Of a stretch of 64,000 nucleotides of DNA, positions 48,095 to 57,382 are shown one piece after another (position 1 is the stretch's first letter; each line of letters begins with the position of its first letter). A program made the translations under genes and the position numbers. The notes beneath the pieces were generated by a model. It was not told where the DNA came from, made no database searches, and saw nothing but the letters and a program-made list of their open reading frames with translations. Origin of the DNA: Bdellovibrionales bacterium (GTDB lineage Bacteria; Bdellovibrionota; Bdellovibrionia; Bdellovibrionales; Bdellovibrionaceae); contig JANMPT010000039.1 of assembly GCA_031370005.1 (NCBI GenBank), positions 1 through 64,000 on the forward strand, in the 5' to 3' direction.

Positions 48095-49159
48095 ATGAAG
48101 CCATCGAGTTTTACAAACTTTTTAGAATCCGGAGCCCTCTTGCGCTCTGGTCCTGAAAGCTGGCTTTTACTAGAGGGGCCCTTTACTGCAAAGGATCAAG
48201 TGGCTCTTGGCGAAGTGGCTTTGTTCCATCCAGATTTTTTTACTGGAACTGAAAACAGTTATTGGATTCCGCAGTTATTTTATAGACTTACTGATCGCGA
48301 CCTGGAAGTTCTATGCTCTGGATTAGATACATCTATGCTGCAACCTCTGGCTTGGCGAGAGGCTGAGTTACAAAGTTTTACCACTTCTTTTAAGACCATT
48401 TTAGAGCGTATTCATCAGGGTGCTCTTAAAAAAGCGGTGCCTATCGTTTTCGAGGCTTCAACAGGCAATATCGACCCGACAAGGATCGTTGCAATGATCA
48501 AGGAGTTGCTGAAGGCTCCACCAAATTTATATGTGTTTGGTTCCTGGCAAAATGGATGCGGGATTTTAGGAGCCACACCTGAGGTTCTTTTGAAGCAGGA
48601 GGGTCGTACTTTGAAGACTTTGGCTATTGCTGGAACCTGTCCTAAAGAAGATGCCGCTGATCGAAGTTCGTTGTTAGAGGACCCAAAAGAGCTTCATGAG
48701 CATGACTTGGTAGCGCAAGATATTTTTCAAAGCCTTGCACGCTATGGTGGTGCAAAAACTGAGGGACCTGAAATTCTTGAGCTGGCAACCTTACTCCATT
48801 TAAAAACAGATATCGAATGCCAACTCTCTGAGAACAAGGATTTTTCTTTTTTTGGAGCCTGTCGGACGCTGCATCCAACACCCGCTCTTGGGGTTTCTCC
48901 GCGTGACTATGGCTACGAGTGGATGAGCAGCTTGCCAGAGCAAAAAGAACGTCGTGGCTTCGGCGCTCCCTGGGGAATTTCGTGGTCAGCGGAGGAGGCT
49001 TTGTGCTTAGTTGCCATTCGCAATATTCAGTGGAATCCGGCTGGGTCTAGAATTGGTTCTGGATGTGGTATCGTCGCTCAGAGTGATTTACATCAAGAGT
49101 GGCGAGAGCTTTTCCAAAAAAGGAGATCGGTGAAAAAGTTGTTGGGATTAGAGACATGA
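48095..49159 (+). CDS. menF: Isochorismate synthase (chorismate-binding enzyme)
   Basis: KKAV, GATPE, AIAGT, KELHEH, LHPTPALG, AIR, GCGIV; ATGA overlap with menD; start at MKPSS. Confidence 0.88.
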   Translation: MKPSSFTNFLESGALLRSGPESWLLLEGPFTAKDQVALGEVALFHPDFFTGTENSYWIPQLFYRLTDRDLEVLCSGLDTSMLQPLAWREAELQSFTTSFKTILERIHQGALKKAVPIVFEASTGNIDPTRIVAMIKELLKAPPNLYVFGSWQNGCGILGATPEVLLKQEGRTLKTLAIAGTCPKEDAADRSSLLEDPKELHEHDLVAQDIFQSLARYGGAKTEGPEILELATLLHLKTDIECQLSENKDFSFFGACRTLHPTPALGVSPRDYGYEWMSSLPEQKERRGFGAPWGISWSAEEALCLVAIRNIQWNPAGSRIGSGCGIVAQSDLHQEWRELFQKRRSVKKLLGLET

Positions 49160-50739
49160 CAAATATGCAGTTGGCAGCCAAGGTGCTGCAAGGTCTGGTG
49201 TCATCTGGTATTCGTGAATTCTGCCTCTGCGCGGGAGCCAGAAACAGCCCTTTTGTGCACACCTTAGAAGAGAGTCAGGGCATCAAAGTTTATTCTTTTT
49301 TTGACGAACGTTCGGCGTCTTTTTTTGCTTTGGGCCGTATGGCGCAAACGCAAAGACCAATGGCAGTAATTACTACTTCCGGGACAGCGGTAGCAGAGCT
49401 TTTGCCGGCAGCAATTGAAGCTACTTATTCCTCTTTGCCTTTGGTCATGGTGACTGCAGATCGTCCAAAGTCATATCGTGGCTCCGGGGCGCCACAGAGC
49501 ATTCAACAAGTAGGGATTTTCTCTTATTATATTGAAGCATCTTTAGATATTGATGCGGCGAACAGTCACTTCTCAGTAAAGGGGCTGACTTGGAAAAAAC
49601 CCATTCATATCAATGTATGTTTTGATGAGCCATTGATCGATGGTCCTATGGTGAAACTGGAAATGTCAACGACCAGCGAGTGGGTGAAGTTCCCAGAAAA
49701 CGTGGAACACACAGCGGAACATGAGACGACTCACTTTTTAAAGATCTACAATCCGATTGTCATTCTTGGAACCTTGCCGACAAAGGCACAGCTGCCAGTT
49801 TTGAGTTTCCTTAAAAAAATTCAATGTCCAATTTACGCTGAAGGGATCTCCGGGCTTCGTGGCCATCCGGAACTTATGCACTTAGAGATTCGCTCTGGTG
49901 AAAATTATATCAATCGACTTTTTGATCAAGGTACTTGCAATGCAGTTCTCCGAATTGGTGGCGTTCCTACAGCCAGGTTATGGAGAGACCTTGAAGGAAA
50001 ACGCAAAAATATCCCTGTTTTTTCTGTGGGCTACAATCATTATTCGGGACTGAGTCGCGCGGTGACTCACTTTACTCATTTGGCCTCTCTGCCGATGATT
50101 CAAAGTCCGGAAAGGTTTAAGGATCTGGGACCTCTTCTAAAAGAAGATTTACAAATCGCGTATAAAAAGGACGAACTTTTGGCGAAATATCCGCGCTCTG
50201 AGCCCTCTATGGTTTGGGCCTTGTCGAAAAAACTCAAAGGGCAGTCTGTGTATTTAGGAAACAGCCTGCCGATTCGTCACTGGGATTTGGTCGCTGACTT
50301 TGATTCTTATCCTTCACAGGTGGTGGGAAATCGCGGCGCAAATGGAATCGATGGTCAAGTGGCCACATTCTTAGGCTGGGCAGATTCTGCCACAGAAAAT
50401 TGGTGTCTGATTGGGGACCTAACAGCAATGTATGACCTGTCTGCCTTGTGGATCACTCCTCAACTTGAAAGCAAAAAGATGCGGATCGTGGTTATCAACA
50501 ATAGAGGTGGCCAGATTTTCCAACATTTGTTTAAAAAAGATATTTTTCTTAATCGTCATGATCTTGAGTTTGAACATTGGGCTAAAATGTTTCACTGGGA
50601 CTATCAGGTCTGGGAAACGATTCCAGCAGATAGCCAACAAGAGACTGTACTTGGAGAGCATCAAGTCATTGAATTAATTCCAGACCCACAACAAACTGAG
50701 GCCTTCCATCGCGAGTGGGATTTAATTTGGAAAAAGTAA
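49156..50739 (+). CDS. menD: SEPHCHC synthase
   Basis: GARNSP, DERSASF, TTSGTA, TADRP, GNSLPIR, NRGANGIDG, GDL..D, NNRGGQIF. Confidence 0.95.
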   Translation: MTNMQLAAKVLQGLVSSGIREFCLCAGARNSPFVHTLEESQGIKVYSFFDERSASFFALGRMAQTQRPMAVITTSGTAVAELLPAAIEATYSSLPLVMVTADRPKSYRGSGAPQSIQQVGIFSYYIEASLDIDAANSHFSVKGLTWKKPIHINVCFDEPLIDGPMVKLEMSTTSEWVKFPENVEHTAEHETTHFLKIYNPIVILGTLPTKAQLPVLSFLKKIQCPIYAEGISGLRGHPELMHLEIRSGENYINRLFDQGTCNAVLRIGGVPTARLWRDLEGKRKNIPVFSVGYNHYSGLSRAVTHFTHLASLPMIQSPERFKDLGPLLKEDLQIAYKKDELLAKYPRSEPSMVWALSKKLKGQSVYLGNSLPIRHWDLVADFDSYPSQVVGNRGANGIDGQVATFLGWADSATENWCLIGDLTAMYDLSALWITPQLESKKMRIVVINNRGGQIFQHLFKKDIFLNRHDLEFEHWAKMFHWDYQVWETIPADSQQETVLGEHQVIELIPDPQQTEAFHREWDLIWKK

Positions 50740-51509
50740 GATCCGAAAATCCTATTGGGAATAAAATTAAGATCATCTGCCTTCACGGATTTTTGGGCCT
50801 TCCATCGGATTGGGATTTGATTCGAAACTATTTTATGGCGTCGTCCCTTGCAGACCAATTTGAGTGGTGGTCTGTTGATTATTTGAATACTCCCGGTCTT
50901 GATCCCAGAAACGATTTTACAGCCTGGGCTAAAAATTTTAATAACAAAGTACTTCAGCGTTTTCCTGAGGGGCCTCGTATTTTAGTGGGTTACTCTTTGG
51001 GTGGACGCTTAGCTTTGCATGCCTTGAAGGTGGCCTCTGAGCTTTATGACAACGCTATCTTTATTTCCACAAATCCAGGTCTGCTGCGTGATAAAGAAAA
51101 AGCTGAGCGAGAGAAAAGCGACCAACAGTGGTCTGAGAAATTTTTAAAAACTCCTTGGGCAGAGCTTATGAACGAATGGAAAACGCAACCAGTTTTTAAA
51201 GATAGCCTAACTGAACCGCATCGCCTAGAGGCCAGCTATGACCGCAGCATGTTGGCGCAGTCGCTGCAGCAGTGGTCACTGGTACGACAAGAAGATTTCC
51301 GCGACTTCATTGCACAAAAGGGCTCTCAGATTTTGTGGGTCTGCGGGGAGAAAGACATTAAGTTTGCGAGCATTGCTATGGAGCTGGAGAAGCGCTCTGC
51401 CAAAATTCAGTCGGTGACTTTGCCGAAGGTTTCTCACCGTATTCTCTTTGATCAGCCTAGCGGGTTAGCACAGGCAATGCTTTCTTATATTTCACAAGAT
51501 CATGGCTAA
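50715..51509 (+). CDS. menH: SHCHC synthase (alpha/beta hydrolase)
   Basis: LHGFLG, GYSLGGRLA, W..QPVF, GEKDIKF; follows menD. Confidence 0.88.
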   Translation: MGFNLEKVRSENPIGNKIKIICLHGFLGLPSDWDLIRNYFMASSLADQFEWWSVDYLNTPGLDPRNDFTAWAKNFNNKVLQRFPEGPRILVGYSLGGRLALHALKVASELYDNAIFISTNPGLLRDKEKAEREKSDQQWSEKFLKTPWAELMNEWKTQPVFKDSLTEPHRLEASYDRSMLAQSLQQWSLVRQEDFRDFIAQKGSQILWVCGEKDIKFASIAMELEKRSAKIQSVTLPKVSHRILFDQPSGLAQAMLSYISQDHG

Positions 51510-52345
51510 AGTTCGGCCATCATGTTTTGAATCCATGTTTGATAGAGCAAGGCATTGGTGTAAACAACACCCTTGTTGCAATTGTTGTCTACATCATCAA
51601 CTGAAGAATGGTTGGCAACGCCCCAGAAGTAGTACTTGAGCTGCCCATGAGAGTCCTTCATGTAGAAATACGCGGGGCCACCTGAATCCCCATGGCAAAC
51701 AGATGAACCTTTACTTTGATCTAAAAGAATTTCTGTGGAGCTATAGTTGGGATTGGAGACAGTCAGTGTTGTGTAACGTAAGACTCCCGCACCCACCTGA
51801 GTCTGAGCGTTTTTAATGCCATAGCCTAGAACAATGGTTTTGGCACCTTTAAGAATTTTCTGGTCTTCAGGTAAAAACTCCACAGCTTTGTATCCTTTCG
51901 GCAAAGCAATACCCTCAAATTTAATAACGGCGATGTCGCCAGTATTGATATCTTCACTTTGTCGAAGTGCCCAGTACGGAAAGGCCTGCATTGCAATCAC
52001 ACGGCGTCGTTCGGTTTTGCCATTTGGTTTAGCAGCAAAAAATATATAGAGGTTATTTGGATTTTCTTTATCCAAGCAATGGGCGGCGGTTAGAGCATAT
52101 TGGTTGCCAATCAAGGAGGCAGAGCAAACTTCTTGAGTGAAACTATTGATCAATAGTACAACGCTTTTTGACAGAGAGCTGTTGTTAGCAACATCATTGC
52201 CTGCAATGATGTTGGAGGGATTTCCTTCATCGGCTGAGTATTTTATTTGAAATTGTTTCGCTGGAGTGCAGGCGCTAAGGTTGAGGCCCAAAAGCACACC
52301 GGCAAGTATAGCGAAATTTTTTGAACCCCTCATAATCCAACCCAT
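51506..52345 (-). CDS. S1 trypsin-like serine protease, lipoprotein
   Basis: NLSAC lipobox; LTAAHC, DIAVI, GDSGGP catalytic triad; start may be 52333. Confidence 0.92.
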   Translation of the reverse strand: MGWIMRGSKNFAILAGVLLGLNLSACTPAKQFQIKYSADEGNPSNIIAGNDVANNSSLSKSVVLLINSFTQEVCSASLIGNQYALTAAHCLDKENPNNLYIFFAAKPNGKTERRRVIAMQAFPYWALRQSEDINTGDIAVIKFEGIALPKGYKAVEFLPEDQKILKGAKTIVLGYGIKNAQTQVGAGVLRYTTLTVSNPNYSSTEILLDQSKGSSVCHGDSGGPAYFYMKDSHGQLKYYFWGVANHSSVDDVDNNCNKGVVYTNALLYQTWIQNMMAEL

Positions 52346-52472
52346 CCTATTTCCAAGTTCTGTCTACTTCTATGCGCCGCATTGCGTTATGGCATCATCG
52401 CTGAACTCGGATGGAATCTCAAGGGCAATATTTAGACTTTATAAATAATATCAAAGGTTTTCAGGCGATAAA

Positions 52473-53429
52473 CTAGTAGATTTTACACGCTTCGGCGGCC
52501 TCAATGAGAGCACTTTTGGTATCTGGTTCGGAAGCCGCGTGACCGGCACTTGAAGTGAATCGAAGTTCTGCTTCGGGCCAAGCCTTATGCAGGTCCCAAG
52601 CGCTGCGGGCAGGACAGACTATGTCGTAACGACCCTGTACTATAAAGCCTGGAATATGGCGAATTTTATGAACATTTTCGAGAATCCAATTGTTCGTAGG
52701 GAAGAAGGCATTATTCACAAAATAATGGCACTCGATGCTTGCAAATGAAATTGCGAAGTCTGGGTCATCAAATTCATCAATTGCTTTGCGGCTTACAATT
52801 AATCTAGAGGTCGCAGCTTCCCACTTGCTCCAAGCTTTTGCGGCCTCTAACTGTGTCGTGTAATTAGTATCTGTCAAACGTTTGTAATAGGCCTTTACGA
52901 GTTGGTTTTGCTCTACCTTTGGAATGGGTTTAAGGTACTCATCCCAAATATCTGGAAAAATATGGGAAGCTCCATCCTGGTAAAACCAATGAATTTCAGA
53001 AGGACGGCATAAAAAGACCCCGCGCAAAATCAAAGCCGCAGCTCTTTCCGGGTGAGTGATCGCGTAAGTGAGAGCTAAGGTGGAGCCCCAGCTGCCACCA
53101 AAGACGATCCAGCTTTTAATATCGAGGTGAGTACGGATTTTTTCAATATCGCTAATAAGACTCCAGGTATCATTTTCGCGAAGCTCGGCTATCGGGCGGC
53201 TTTTTCCGGAGCCCCGCTGATCAAATAAAATAATGCGATAGTGAGTTGGATCAAAAAAACGGCGGTGTTCAGGGTGTATGCCGCCGCCAGGTCCGCCATG
53301 AAGAAATACAATTGGCCGCCCCTTTGGATTCCCGACTTGCTCATAATAGAGTTCATGGATATCAGAGACCTTCATGCGGCCTGTTTCATAGGGTTCAATT
53401 TCGGGATAAAATTCGCGCAGTTCTGTCAT
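52473..53429 (-). CDS. pip: Proline iminopeptidase
   Basis: HGGPG, DQRGSG, GGSWG, GRYD, GH; ATGA overlap with add. Confidence 0.94.
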   Translation of the reverse strand: MTELREFYPEIEPYETGRMKVSDIHELYYEQVGNPKGRPIVFLHGGPGGGIHPEHRRFFDPTHYRIILFDQRGSGKSRPIAELRENDTWSLISDIEKIRTHLDIKSWIVFGGSWGSTLALTYAITHPERAAALILRGVFLCRPSEIHWFYQDGASHIFPDIWDEYLKPIPKVEQNQLVKAYYKRLTDTNYTTQLEAAKAWSKWEAATSRLIVSRKAIDEFDDPDFAISFASIECHYFVNNAFFPTNNWILENVHKIRHIPGFIVQGRYDIVCPARSAWDLHKAWPEAELRFTSSAGHAASEPDTKSALIEAAEACKIY

Positions 53430-54475
53430 GGTTGGATTTTTCTCGGCCAAAATTTTTGCCGTTCTTTGAGATCAATAAAACTTACCGAGGCCGCAATGTC
53501 GTTGGCTTTTTTGAAATCTGCAAGGCTAAAACTATGCACTCGGTGAAGAACTTCGTAGTCATCTGAAAGCTGGGTGCCGAAGATTCCCGGATCATCGGAG
53601 TTTATCGTTACCTTAATGCCCGCGTTCATCAGGGAGCGAATTGGATGGTCCTCATGAGTTTTGCAGGCTTGGGTGAGCCAGTTGCTGATGGGACAGACTT
53701 CTAGTGGAATGCCTTTATCGCGGACAAAGCGAAGCACATCTGGGTCATTGATGATTTGAATGCCATGACCGATGCGTTCAGCGCCTAAAATTTCAATTGA
53801 GTCTTTGACCCATTGTGCGGAGAGTGGAGTGTCGGCTTCGCCAGAATGCACGGTGATGTGGAGGCCTGCTTCGCGAGCTTTTAAAAACAAGCCGGTGAAT
53901 TTTTTGGGGTCAAAGCCATCTTCATTGTCAGCGAGATCAATAGCAATGAAACTTTCTTTGTGCTCAATTGCGAAATCGCAAACATTTTTTGCTACTTCAA
54001 TTTGTTTAGTTCTTTGCATAATGCAGATTAAACCTACTGCCATAGGGAAATTTTTCTTTGCAAGGTCTACGCCCTTACAGAAAGATCGATGAATCTTTCC
54101 AAAACTTAGAGAGCTATGACCGTCAGCAATAAAGCTCGGCGCATAGCGAAGTTCTAGAATGCGAACACCCTCATTGTAGGCATCTTCACAGGCCTCATAG
54201 GCTAGGCGAATAAGTATTTCTTCAGAGTGAAGGAGTTTTTGTGCATGTAAAAATTTGCTCAAGACAGCACGAAGGTCCTTCATTTGTCCAGTGACGAGCA
54301 GAAAATCTCTCTGAGCGCTATAATCCTGTGGCAGCTCGAGCCCAACATGAGGGGCAAGCTCAACCATGGTGCTCCAACGCATTGAGCAGTCGAGGTGCCG
54401 ATGCAGTTCTACTTTTGGAAGCGCTTTTAATTCATGAGAATAAATTTTTGTTAAATTCATACTCTCAGATATCAT
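53426..54475 (-). CDS. add: Adenosine deaminase
   Basis: ELHRHLD, ELRYAP, TVHSGE, RIGHG, EVCPISN, NSDDP. Confidence 0.92.
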   Translation of the reverse strand: MISESMNLTKIYSHELKALPKVELHRHLDCSMRWSTMVELAPHVGLELPQDYSAQRDFLLVTGQMKDLRAVLSKFLHAQKLLHSEEILIRLAYEACEDAYNEGVRILELRYAPSFIADGHSSLSFGKIHRSFCKGVDLAKKNFPMAVGLICIMQRTKQIEVAKNVCDFAIEHKESFIAIDLADNEDGFDPKKFTGLFLKAREAGLHITVHSGEADTPLSAQWVKDSIEILGAERIGHGIQIINDPDVLRFVRDKGIPLEVCPISNWLTQACKTHEDHPIRSLMNAGIKVTINSDDPGIFGTQLSDDYEVLHRVHSFSLADFKKANDIAASVSFIDLKERQKFWPRKIQP

Positions 54476-54541
54476 TCTTGCCCCGTCCTAAGCATCTCTT
54501 TTTGTTGACGCAAATATACATTTTAGAAGAGGATATCGTCT

Positions 54542-56563
54542 ATGACAGAACCAATGAAAATCACGAATAAACTTGCTGGGAATCCGAGCCAAGAGCCTCA
54601 ATTCAAAACCTATGTCACTATTGACAAGGATGGAAAGAAGATTCCAGCGGTGGACCCACGGGCTACCCGCGCCCTTATCTCTTTGATGGATATGAATGCC
54701 GTTCTTGGTGGCGCGGCTTCACATTACGGCGGTCCTGCGGCGATGGCTGAGCTGATGTCAGCACTTCATGCGCACGTTTTTCATGAAGCTAAAACTGCTG
54801 GCAAGCAATGGTTTGATCTTTACAACTTGGTGAATGATGCCGGTCACTGTGAAAACGGCTTGTATGCCTTGAAAGCTAATTATGGCTTGGCGGGGTTAAG
54901 CCTGAATGCACTTAAAAAATTTCGTTCAATTGATAGTCCTTTAACTGGGCATGGAGAGGTTCACTGCTTTCCTCAAGGAGTTTTTATTAGTAATGGTCCT
55001 TTGGGCTCAGCCTTTCCGCAAACTCAGGGCGTGTCTATTGGGGATGCCTTAGCTGGGCGCGATCGCGTGACTGTGACAGTGGTTTCTGATGGAGCTAGCA
55101 TGGAGGGAGAGGCCAAAGAATCTTTTGCTGCGATTCCGGGTTTAGCAAAAGCAGGCAAGATGGCTCCATATGTGATGATCATTAGTGATAACAATACAAA
55201 ACTCACAGGGCGTATTGACACGGAAAGTTTTTCTATGGCTCCGACTTTTGAGTCTCTGAAAACTTTGGGTTGGAATGTGATTGTGCTTGAAAAAGCCCAC
55301 GATCTTCAAGCCTGCTATGATACCTTGACTAAAGCTATCGATGTGGCCCGCAAAAATCCAAAGCAACCAGTGGCAATTCATGCAAAAACCATCAAAGGCA
55401 TTGGCACAAAGAAAACAGCAGAGTCCGCAAGTGGTGGTCATGGTTTTCCATTAAAAAGCCCTTCAGAGTTGCCAGCGTTCTTGAGTGAAATTTACAACGG
55501 AGAACAACTTCCGACAGAGTTTTCTATTTGGATTGAAGAACTCAACAAATTAGAAACTCATATCAAGGCCACGTCGACAAAAGATACGGGTGAGAAAATT
55601 CAAAACGGTGTGGCGAGTGCTTTGATTCGCGCCAGAAAAGAAAACTTACCGGTGATTTCAGTAACTGCGGATCTTCCTGGCTCCACAGGACTTGCGGCGT
55701 ACCGTAAGGAATTCCCTGCGGACTCCATTGATGTGGGGGTTGCCGAAAGTAATATGATCTCCACGGCGGCAGGACTTTCTAAGGTGGGCTATATCCCGGT
55801 TGTAGACACTTTTGCACAGTTTGGAGTGACCAAGGGAGCTTTGCCATTCATTATGAGTTCTTTGTCTGAGGCTCCGGTGATTGCAATCTTCTCACACACG
55901 GGTTTTCAAGATGCAGCCGATGGAGCTTCTCATCAAAGTTTAAGCTATATGGCGATGCTGGCGTCTATTCCACATGTCGAGACCTATGCTTTGACTTGCA
56001 GTGAGGAGGCCGATGCATTGGTTTATCAAGCACTTTACAAAACAGCAGAAGCACGCAGTAAGGGAAAGGTGCCTCCGTCATATGTGTTTTTCTTAGGTCG
56101 AGAGAACTTCCCGAAATCATATACAGCAGGTCTTAAGTATGAACTCGGCCGTGGGCAGACTCTTTTTGATAATACGGACAAGTTCCCGACCAGCGTCACT
56201 TTGATTGCCGCGGGCTCCATGGTTCCTGAGGCTTTGAAAGCCGCTCAAGAGTTGATAAATCACAAAATTGGCTCTGTTGTGGTGAATCCGTCATGCTTGA
56301 ACCATCTGGATTTAGCTTTGCTGGAAGAGAGTCTTGCAAAAACCAATAATACCTTTATCACCGTTGAGGATCATCAGATCATCGGCGGATTGGGACAGAT
56401 GATTTGTCACGCATTGGCAGAAGAGGGCATGAGTTTTAAGTGTCATACTTTGGGTGTGCGTGGTGAGTTCGGACAAAGCGCTTATACAGCCCTGGATCTA
56501 TATAAGAAACACGGCATTGACAGTGAGGCGATCACTGACAATGCGGTTGAACTTATAGACTAA
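54542..56563 (+). CDS. tkt: Transketolase (ThDP-dependent, single chain)
   Basis: SHYGG, AGH, GHGE, NGPLG, SDG..EG..DNN, TIKG, GVAE, DGASHQ, EDH motifs. Confidence 0.85.
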   Translation: MTEPMKITNKLAGNPSQEPQFKTYVTIDKDGKKIPAVDPRATRALISLMDMNAVLGGAASHYGGPAAMAELMSALHAHVFHEAKTAGKQWFDLYNLVNDAGHCENGLYALKANYGLAGLSLNALKKFRSIDSPLTGHGEVHCFPQGVFISNGPLGSAFPQTQGVSIGDALAGRDRVTVTVVSDGASMEGEAKESFAAIPGLAKAGKMAPYVMIISDNNTKLTGRIDTESFSMAPTFESLKTLGWNVIVLEKAHDLQACYDTLTKAIDVARKNPKQPVAIHAKTIKGIGTKKTAESASGGHGFPLKSPSELPAFLSEIYNGEQLPTEFSIWIEELNKLETHIKATSTKDTGEKIQNGVASALIRARKENLPVISVTADLPGSTGLAAYRKEFPADSIDVGVAESNMISTAAGLSKVGYIPVVDTFAQFGVTKGALPFIMSSLSEAPVIAIFSHTGFQDAADGASHQSLSYMAMLASIPHVETYALTCSEEADALVYQALYKTAEARSKGKVPPSYVFFLGRENFPKSYTAGLKYELGRGQTLFDNTDKFPTSVTLIAAGSMVPEALKAAQELINHKIGSVVVNPSCLNHLDLALLEESLAKTNNTFITVEDHQIIGGLGQMICHALAEEGMSFKCHTLGVRGEFGQSAYTALDLYKKHGIDSEAITDNAVELID

Positions 56564-56582
56564 GACTTCTTGAAAGCTTAAA

Positions 56583-57074
56583 TTAAGCAGCTTCCCGATG
56601 ACCAGCAATACCTGACATGCCAGTTAGTTGCTCATGGGAGAATGCAGACACGATGTCGACAAGTATGATCACGTGATTGTCGACCTTGCCCATGCCTCGA
56701 ACAAAGGACATAGTCGTTTCGTTGCCAAGGACAGGAGAAGGCTCTATTTGATTATCCGTCAAATCCACGACTTCTTTTACTGAATCTACGATCATACCAA
56801 CTTGGCCGATCTCAGTGTCTAGAACAATAATACAGGTGTCACGTGTATGCTCTTGTGCGCCCATTCCGAATTTCACCCGTAAGTTAACAACAGGAATTAT
56901 TTTACCTCGAAGATTCATTACGCCTTTAACATATTCTGGTGTGCGTGGTACTGGAGTGATTTCGACGACACGGTTGATTTCTCGTACCGTTTCTATAGGC
57001 ACTCCATATTGCTCATTTTGCAGTTGGAATGTCAGGTATTGTCCTGCCTTAGCTTTTTTTGTTAGATCACTCAT
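56583..57074 (-). CDS. cheW: Chemotaxis adaptor CheW
   Basis: YLTF, VREI, GVMNLRGKIIPV, VDSV. Confidence 0.95.
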   Translation of the reverse strand: MSDLTKKAKAGQYLTFQLQNEQYGVPIETVREINRVVEITPVPRTPEYVKGVMNLRGKIIPVVNLRVKFGMGAQEHTRDTCIIVLDTEIGQVGMIVDSVKEVVDLTDNQIEPSPVLGNETTMSFVRGMGKVDNHVIILVDIVSAFSHEQLTGMSGIAGHREAA

Positions 57075-57315
57075 CTTTTTGCACCTTTCATATAAATTCG
57101 AAATGCCACATGTTCTTTTCGATGGTTTTGGTCGCTTACTTTAGTCAAATTTGATGAATTCACTTAAAAAGATCCTTATGTCTCAGACCGAATCATATTA
57201 TTCAAAATTCATCATATTTAAAAAAATACTTTTTAAACAAGATTTTGTTCTAAGTTTAGTTTTATTTACTTTACCTCGACGAAGGGACATTTTAAGTAAT
57301 TTCAACACACAGACC

Positions 57316-57345
57316 CAGACAGTTTTTTTATGGTTGAACCGATAA
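57316..57345 (+). promoter_or_regulatory. Putative sigma28 promoter of cheARB
   Basis: CCGATAA at 57339-57345 with a weak -35 (ACAGTTT). Confidence 0.45.
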
Positions 57346-57382
57346 ATGCCTGTGATGTTTTTATTGAATACAGGAGCTTTGA

